Assembly (NCBI GenBank): GCA_965225855.1 | Contig: CBDDCK010000005.1 | Span: 1,568,001 to 1,632,000, forward strand | DNA: 64,000 bases | From: Spirochaetia bacterium | GTDB taxonomy: Bacteria > Spirochaetota > Spirochaetia > SP-2023 | Direction of reading: 5' to 3' | Shown: piece by piece, positions 58,331 through 64,000 of the stretch | Numbering within the stretch: the stretch's first letter is position 1 | Layout: each line of letters starts with the position of its first letter | Translations under genes and position numbers: made by a program | Notes under the pieces: model-generated | Database searches by the model: none | The model's input: only the letters and a program-made list of their open reading frames with translations | What the model was told of the DNA's origin: nothing

Positions 58331-60118
58331 CTAATTTATAACATTAATACTAGTGGTTGGGTCTGCTGGACTACCCGTTACAAATTCTGCTGCTGCTTCC
58401 AGGTTGTATGAACCATTAGCATCACGAAGACCAACCTTAACCAGTATCTTCTCGGCTTCCGCTTTTACACTACCGCTTAAAATAATACTTAAGTAGGTTG
58501 CATCTGCTGCAGAACCTGTGGCTGTGTTTTCACCTGCAGTTGAGTGCTGGGGTAATGTGTATTTCTTCTTACCATCACCAGATACAAGTGTCAATTTGCT
58601 AAAGTCCCAGCCTTCAACTGCTGTCGGTAAACGGCTACCGTAAATCCGTAACTGGCCACTATTAGAAAAGTAGTATACGTTGTCGATCTGGCTTGTGTAG
58701 CCACTAACGGTAATAGGGTTGCTTGTGTCTTCAGCGCTATCACCTGCAAATCCTGCTGCTGCTTCAAGGTTGTATGCACCAGCATCATCACTTTTACCAT
58801 TCTTAACCAATATCCTATCGGCTTCCGTTTTTACACTACCGCTTAAATTAATATTTACTTTGTTTCTAATTGCACCAGAACCTGTGGCTCTGTTTGCACC
58901 TGTGGTTGCGTGCCGTGGTAATGTGAATCTCTTCTTACCATCACCGGATACAAGCGTCAATTTGCTAAAGTCCCACTCTTCAACTTTTGACGGTAAACTT
59001 TGACCATTAATCACTAACAAGCCTGTGTTAACATAGTAGTATGCGTCATCGATTCTGACTACATACCCACTAACGGTAATAGGGTTATTGCTTGTGTCTT
59101 CAGCCCTACCACCTGCAAATCCTGCTGCTGCTTCAAGGTTGTATGCACCACCATGTTTTCCTGTAAGACCATTCCTAGACAATATTTTATCGGATTCCGC
59201 TTCCGCTTTTACTCTACCGCTTAAAGTAATCGTTAAGCTTGTTGCACTTGCTTTAGAACCTGTGGCTCTGTTTGCACCTGTGGTTGAGTGCTGGGGTAAT
59301 GTGTAGCTGGATAAACTATATAAATTATAATATTGTACAAACCTCAATTTGCTAAAGTCCCAGTCATCCACTGTTTTTGGTAAATTAGTACCTGTAATCA
59401 CTAACACACCTGTAGCAACATTGTAGGTTGCACGGGTAATTGCAGCTTCGGCTTGCTTAAGCGACTGATCTTCGGTTTCGGTCTTAGACTGCTTATCTTC
59501 GACTTCTTCGGTTTGTTCGGCTTGCTTAGGCGACTGATCTTCAGTTTCGGTCTTAGACTGCTTATCTTCGACTTCTTCAGCTTGTTCGTCTTGTTCAGTT
59601 TCTTCAGTTTGCTTAGATGGCTGATTGTCATCGGATACTTTAGACTGCTTATTTTCGGGTACATTACTAACTTCCAAGTCTTTGGCTGTATCTAAACCCG
59701 CCCAAGCACCAGTGCTAGTAAGCAACCCTTTTTTTAGACCATTGCTACCCACCTTGCCATTCAGAGCAGCTTTATGTTGATCGGTAAGTCTAAGCCAAAG
59801 CGCTGTGCCATCGCCTTTCAGGCGGTACTTACCTTGTTCAAGACCGTTACTATTTAGCCCAGTGGCATCGTCATCTGCAGTATAGGAACTTAAGGCTACG
59901 CCATCTACTACGATGGTTTGGATTTGGGCTTCTGTAGGACTTAAGTCAGTACCTTGTACGGTTAACAGAGCCGTAGCAAAGTCGTAGATGGCGTTATTGA
60001 TAGTCGGCCCAGAAGATGGCGCACCATTGTCATCGTTGTCATCGGGTGGGGCGCAGGCCAAGGCCATAAAGGCCAGTAGCCAGGCTACAGGCAATAAAAA
60101 TAGTTTGTGCTTATACAT
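58331..60118 (-). CDS. Variable surface lipoprotein, copy 6 (N-domain + linker + 3 B repeats)
   Basis: Same signal, lipobox and RBS; End A present, End B missing. Confidence 0.9.
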   Translation of the reverse strand: MYKHKLFLLPVAWLLAFMALACAPPDDNDDNGAPSSGPTINNAIYDFATALLTVQGTDLSPTEAQIQTIVVDGVALSSYTADDDATGLNSNGLEQGKYRLKGDGTALWLRLTDQHKAALNGKVGSNGLKKGLLTSTGAWAGLDTAKDLEVSNVPENKQSKVSDDNQPSKQTEETEQDEQAEEVEDKQSKTETEDQSPKQAEQTEEVEDKQSKTETEDQSLKQAEAAITRATYNVATGVLVITGTNLPKTVDDWDFSKLRFVQYYNLYSLSSYTLPQHSTTGANRATGSKASATSLTITLSGRVKAEAESDKILSRNGLTGKHGGAYNLEAAAGFAGGRAEDTSNNPITVSGYVVRIDDAYYYVNTGLLVINGQSLPSKVEEWDFSKLTLVSGDGKKRFTLPRHATTGANRATGSGAIRNKVNINLSGSVKTEADRILVKNGKSDDAGAYNLEAAAGFAGDSAEDTSNPITVSGYTSQIDNVYYFSNSGQLRIYGSRLPTAVEGWDFSKLTLVSGDGKKKYTLPQHSTAGENTATGSAADATYLSIILSGSVKAEAEKILVKVGLRDANGSYNLEAAAEFVTGSPADPTTSINVIN

Positions 60119-60396
60119 AAGCAATACCTCCAAAAATGGATAAAGATTGGCCAACCCATACGGGCTAGTGTACAGTGCCCCATTTTGCTAGGGGGGGTGT
60201 TGCGTCAAGGCCTTTATAAGCTTTTTACAAGTTTTTTTGTGTTTTTTTATGTTTGGGGCACTTTTTTGTGTGTTAGTGTTGTTTAGTGTTGTAAGGTAGT
60301 TCAAAATCAATGCCAATCAAAAGGCTTATGTTTGGCCTTTGGGGGGTGGCAAAGTGTAGAATTGAATAAAATACTTGATTACACCTTAATTACACT

Positions 60397-60504
60397 ATGG
60401 GGCAATCTCCAAAAGGTGAAACATTTAATGAAAATGAAAACGGGATATTATTCTTTCAGGGGCATTCAGAATTTGGCCAACGATTGCCGATGATTGTTGT
60501 ATAG
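60397..60504 (+). pseudogene. Fragment of a type I restriction-modification HsdS target-recognition domain
   Basis: MGQSPKGETFNENENGILFFQGHSEFGQRLP resembles the MGQSP...FFQG..EFG motif of HsdS subunits. Confidence 0.65.
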
Positions 60505-60554
60505 GTCCTTGATTATGTGCCGATGTAGAAAATTTCATTAAAGACTAGGGTATC

Positions 60555-60733
60555 AATAGGTGGGAGGTAAATCTATTGATAGATTTAGGTCAATTCTATC
60601 AATAAGTGGGAGGTAATTCTATAGTTAGATTTGGGTCAATTCTATTAATAGGTGGGAGGTAAATCTATGGATAGATTTGGGTCAATTCTATTAAATAGGT
60701 GGGAGGTAATTCTATAGTTAGATTTGGGTCGAT
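60555..60733 (+). repeat. About four tandem copies of a 46-bp unit
   Basis: Units start at 60555, 60601, 60647 and 60694; no unique spacers. Confidence 0.9.
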
Positions 60734-60982
60734 AATTTTTTACTTGTTCCATTTGTGGATTCAGCCGAAAGGCATAAAAAAAGCGGTGCATGGTTTGACC
60801 ATCTGTCAAGAAAATTCTTATTTTCTCCCATATTTTTGCCTCATCACTTTGTAAACGGGATTTGCCCGGTTTGAAAAGTATCTGTTTAACCACAATTTAC
60901 GTGCTTTTCAAACATGGGGACTAGACAAGATTTCATTATATCTGAATTATAGACACAGCATAATATTATAGGTCTTGAAAAT

Positions 60983-61915
60983 ATGTTTAACTTAGCGAAA
61001 AAAGCTATTGAGTACTTACGGCAAAATCCTGGACAAAAATTTACCTCTCTGGAAATAGCCGAGTGGATATATCAAAACTATCCAGATGAATGCCGCGCTA
61101 AACAAGATCGTTCTAACGTGCTGAACGATCGTCCCTCTCTCTTACGGCAAATTGCGGGGGAAATCCAGCCAGATCGTTTAAAGTTGCAAGATAATCCGGA
61201 TATTAAAACCACGGAGGGGCGTCCTCGAAAATTTTACTTCACTGAATCCACTGATAAGGCCGAGATTGACCAGGCTGAAAGCCATGAGGCTCGACCAACT
61301 TCCAAATCAAATGGCTCTATGTTGAGAGAGCATGATTTATATCCCATTTTATCTAACTATCTCTATTCAGAATTTGGAATATATAGTAAACGCATTGACG
61401 ACAAGTATTCCAAAAATTCTCAAGGGCCTAACGGCAATAAATGGCTCTATCCCGATCTGGTTGGTATGGAAAATCTTAGCCATGATTGGTGTCAAGAAAT
61501 CAAAGATTGTGTCCAGCAATATGCCGATAAAAAGACAAAGCTCTGGTCATTTGAAGTGAAAATTGAGATCAAGCGCTCAAACTTGCGTAAATTCTTTTTC
61601 CAAGCTGTTAGCAATTCTTCATGGGCGAATTTTGGTTATTTAGTGGCCAATGATATTGAAGGACCTGATACCCTAAAAGAGCTGCGTATGCTTGCAGGCC
61701 TACATGGCATCGGTTTTATTCTGCTTGATAGGAACCCTGGAGAAAGTCAGATCATGATTCCAGCTAGAGAGCGCAATGAAATTGATTGGAAGACGGCAAA
61801 TAGGATAACAAAGGAAAACAACGACTTCTTGGAATATATCAAGCTCATCCGCCAGTTTTACCAAACTGGTGAAATGCGTAAGTCCGATTGGGATATGAAT
61901 GTCGCTGAATTTTAA
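60983..61915 (+). CDS. COG2958/HrgA-like protein (HTH plus PD-(D/E)XK nuclease-like domain, RM-associated)
   Basis: EHDLYPIL, NKWLYPDLVG, WSFEVK, FFQAVSNSSWANFGYLVA. Confidence 0.85.
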   Translation: MFNLAKKAIEYLRQNPGQKFTSLEIAEWIYQNYPDECRAKQDRSNVLNDRPSLLRQIAGEIQPDRLKLQDNPDIKTTEGRPRKFYFTESTDKAEIDQAESHEARPTSKSNGSMLREHDLYPILSNYLYSEFGIYSKRIDDKYSKNSQGPNGNKWLYPDLVGMENLSHDWCQEIKDCVQQYADKKTKLWSFEVKIEIKRSNLRKFFFQAVSNSSWANFGYLVANDIEGPDTLKELRMLAGLHGIGFILLDRNPGESQIMIPARERNEIDWKTANRITKENNDFLEYIKLIRQFYQTGEMRKSDWDMNVAEF

Positions 61916-61982
61916 TTGAGTAATCAAAGCAAGGTTGTTACAATGCCCATCTCAATATTAAGTGAGGTTTGATGGGGAGTTT

Positions 61983-63602
61983 ATGGCCTTAACATTTTTA
62001 GATACAACTTTGCGTGATGGAGCCCAAGGAGTTGGTATCAATTTTTCCGTACAAGATAAACTGGATATAACAGAAAAATTAGATGCATTTGGCATCGACT
62101 ATATAGAAGGTGGTTTCCCACTAGCATCGCCGAAAGAGAGTGAATATTTCCGCAAGGCTGGGGCCTTGAATTTGAAACATGCCAAACTAACCGCCTTTGG
62201 TTCGACCCGTCGCCCCGAGACTAATGCAGAAAAAGATGTGCATATCCAGGCCTTATTAAAAGCGGAAACACCAGCGGTTGTCTTGGTCGGCAAAGGTTGG
62301 GACGCCCATGTGCATAAAGTGATAGGCACGGATTTACAAGAAAACCTGCGCATGATCGATGACTCCATTCATTGTTTAAAACAGTATAATCGCGAAGTGC
62401 TCCTTGATATAGAACATTTTTTTGATGGCTACTTGGGCAACCGTGAATATGCTTTGCAAGTGTTGCGTGCAGCTTTAGTAGCAGGTGCAGATTTAGTTGT
62501 GCTATGTGATACTAACGGCGGGGTATTGCCTCAACAAGTGAGTGCCGTTTTAGCAGACCTCAAACAGCAAAATATTCCCTTACAGCAATTGGGTATTCAC
62601 TGCCATAATGACACCGAGTGTGCGGTTGCTTGCTCTATCGCAGCCGTTGCAGCTGGGGCTTGCCACGTTCAAGGCACAAGCAACGGTATTGGCGAGCGCT
62701 GTGGCAATGCCAACTTAATTTCGATTATCCCAAACCTCATTTTGAAAATGGGTATCGAAGCCTATTGTGCTAGTCAATTGCCTACCTTAACCCAGCTATC
62801 GCGCTATATCATAGAGAAAACCAATCAAGTACCCCAACGCACTCAACCTTATGTTGGCGATGCAGCCTTTGGCCATAAAGCGGGCCAACACGCCGATGTC
62901 ATTTTGAAAGATTCGGTCTTAATGGAACATATTGACAGTGCATTAGTCGGTAATTTGCGCCACCTAGTGGTATCGGAATTAGCCGGTAGGGCATCAGTAT
63001 TACCATTGTTGCAAGAATTAAGTGGTTCACAAATCTTAGATAAAAATTCGCCGCAAGTTTGCACCTTTATTGAACGTATTAAAATGCGTGAAAGGCAAGG
63101 CTACTTGTATGAAGCCGCAGATGCCTCTTTGGAGTTAGAGGCCTTGCGCGTGTTAGAGCTTTATCGTCCTTTGTTTGAATTGCTCAACTATCACATTGAG
63201 ATATTCCGCACTAGGGAATTTAAAAGCCAGACAGTTGGGCGTTTATTTTTGAAGGCCTCACACAATGAGGGGCTGCTGGAATTGATGGGCGCAGGAGTGG
63301 GTGAAGGCCCTGTAGAAGCCCTTGATGCCTCCATACGCAATGCGCTTTTGCTACGGCATATCGAAGGTAACCATGAAAGCGATTTTGCCTTTATCAAAGA
63401 ATTGTCCTTATTAGATTACCGAGTGCGTGTGATTAACCCTGAAAATGCAGTAGAAGCTCGCGTTCGAGTCGTTATTTCTTCTAAATGTGAAAGGGATTCT
63501 AAGACCTGGGACACCGTAGGGGTTTCACAAAATATTGTCGATGCGTCTTTGGAAGCCTTAAAAGATGCTTATGATTATTTTTATAACCACTATATTTTAT
63601 AA
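61983..63602 (+). CDS. cimA: Citramalate synthase (LeuA/CimA family)
   Basis: DTTLRDGAQ, AFGSTRR, EHFFDGY, LCDTNGG, HCHND, GERCGNANL, regulatory domain. Confidence 0.88.
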   Translation: MALTFLDTTLRDGAQGVGINFSVQDKLDITEKLDAFGIDYIEGGFPLASPKESEYFRKAGALNLKHAKLTAFGSTRRPETNAEKDVHIQALLKAETPAVVLVGKGWDAHVHKVIGTDLQENLRMIDDSIHCLKQYNREVLLDIEHFFDGYLGNREYALQVLRAALVAGADLVVLCDTNGGVLPQQVSAVLADLKQQNIPLQQLGIHCHNDTECAVACSIAAVAAGACHVQGTSNGIGERCGNANLISIIPNLILKMGIEAYCASQLPTLTQLSRYIIEKTNQVPQRTQPYVGDAAFGHKAGQHADVILKDSVLMEHIDSALVGNLRHLVVSELAGRASVLPLLQELSGSQILDKNSPQVCTFIERIKMRERQGYLYEAADASLELEALRVLELYRPLFELLNYHIEIFRTREFKSQTVGRLFLKASHNEGLLELMGAGVGEGPVEALDASIRNALLLRHIEGNHESDFAFIKELSLLDYRVRVINPENAVEARVRVVISSKCERDSKTWDTVGVSQNIVDASLEALKDAYDYFYNHYIL

Positions 63603-63635
63603 TAGTAAGAACGTTTTAGGTAAATATTACGGGCG

Positions 63636-64000
63636 ATGCGAATTTTAGGTATAGAAAGTTCTTGTGATGAATGTGCTGCTGCTGTTGTGCAAGATGGGCG
63701 CATAGTTTATTCCAATATTATTGCTTCACAAGTGGAACAACACAAGCTTTACGATGGTGTAGTTCCCGAAATTGCTGCAAGGCTGCACTGCGAGTGGATA
63801 CAGAAAATATGCGAACAAGCTTTGGAACAAGCAAGTTGTAATCTGAATGATATAGATGCCGTTGCGGCCACCCAACAGCCGGGAATGGTTGGCGCACTTT
63901 TGGTCGGTGTGTCCTTTGCCAAAGGTTTAGCTTGGGCAGCAGGTAAGCCTTTAATAGGTGTCGACCATATCCTTGCCCATCTATATGTTCCCCATTTGAT
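63636..64000 (+). CDS. tsaD: tRNA N6-threonylcarbamoyltransferase, partial at the right edge
   Basis: MRILGIESSCDECAAAVV...GVVPEIAARLH...PGMVGALLVG...VDHILAHL. Confidence 0.93.
   Translation, partial: MRILGIESSCDECAAAVVQDGRIVYSNIIASQVEQHKLYDGVVPEIAARLHCEWIQKICEQALEQASCNLNDIDAVAATQQPGMVGALLVGVSFAKGLAWAAGKPLIGVDHILAHLYVPHL

Noticed and set aside
22283..60118. Diversity-generating retroelement as the established cause of lipoprotein variation
   Set aside because: No reverse transcriptase or template repeat is in the window, and variation includes indels and several separate segments; kept only as a test to run.
60555..60733. CRISPR array (also considered for 10547..10704 and the End A/B boxes)
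   Set aside because: Units are directly tandem or have fixed spacers; there are no unique spacers and no cas genes.
1..64000. tRNA or rRNA genes
   Set aside because: No recognisable cloverleaf or rRNA signature was seen by eye; a tRNAscan/Rfam run would be needed to exclude small RNAs.

Overview
Chromosomal window from an AT-rich bacterium, probably a spirochete. This is inferred from the spirochete-style lipoboxes, the 'LFARG' signal on the sugar-binding protein, the long LptD-like protein and fliS. The left third is mostly ordinary: a phosphonate/AEP locus cut by the left edge, fur, an LptD-like gene, dihydroorotase, proS, an MFS transporter and two tandem pairs of paralogous lipoproteins. 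From 22 kb to 61 kb, small unrelated housekeeping blocks (rubredoxin-ndk-RNase HII-like; polyol ABC/dam/uvrB; fliS-dnaB; GH38 mannosidase; gpmI) alternate with six copies of one modular, hypervariable surface-lipoprotein gene. Each copy carries its own conserved promoter and 3' hairpins. Five copies are bounded by one or both of two related transposon-like termini. End A begins TGATGCAGGACGTGATAACT and End B begins TGAAAGAGGACATGATAACT; each has two GAC(G/A)TGATAACT-type boxes 23 bp apart. No transposase, recombinase or reverse transcriptase is visible. A 6-bp direct repeat (CCTAAT) pairs ends that are 26.5 kb apart, one end cuts a gene, and a phage baseplate (gp47/gp48-like) remnant sits inside one end. 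My best interpretation, which is inference, is a family of non-autonomous, mini-Mu-like cassettes that disperse and shuffle a variable surface protein and have scrambled the local gene order. Fragments of type I and type II restriction-modification genes are scattered through the same region. No rRNA, tRNA or CRISPR array was seen.
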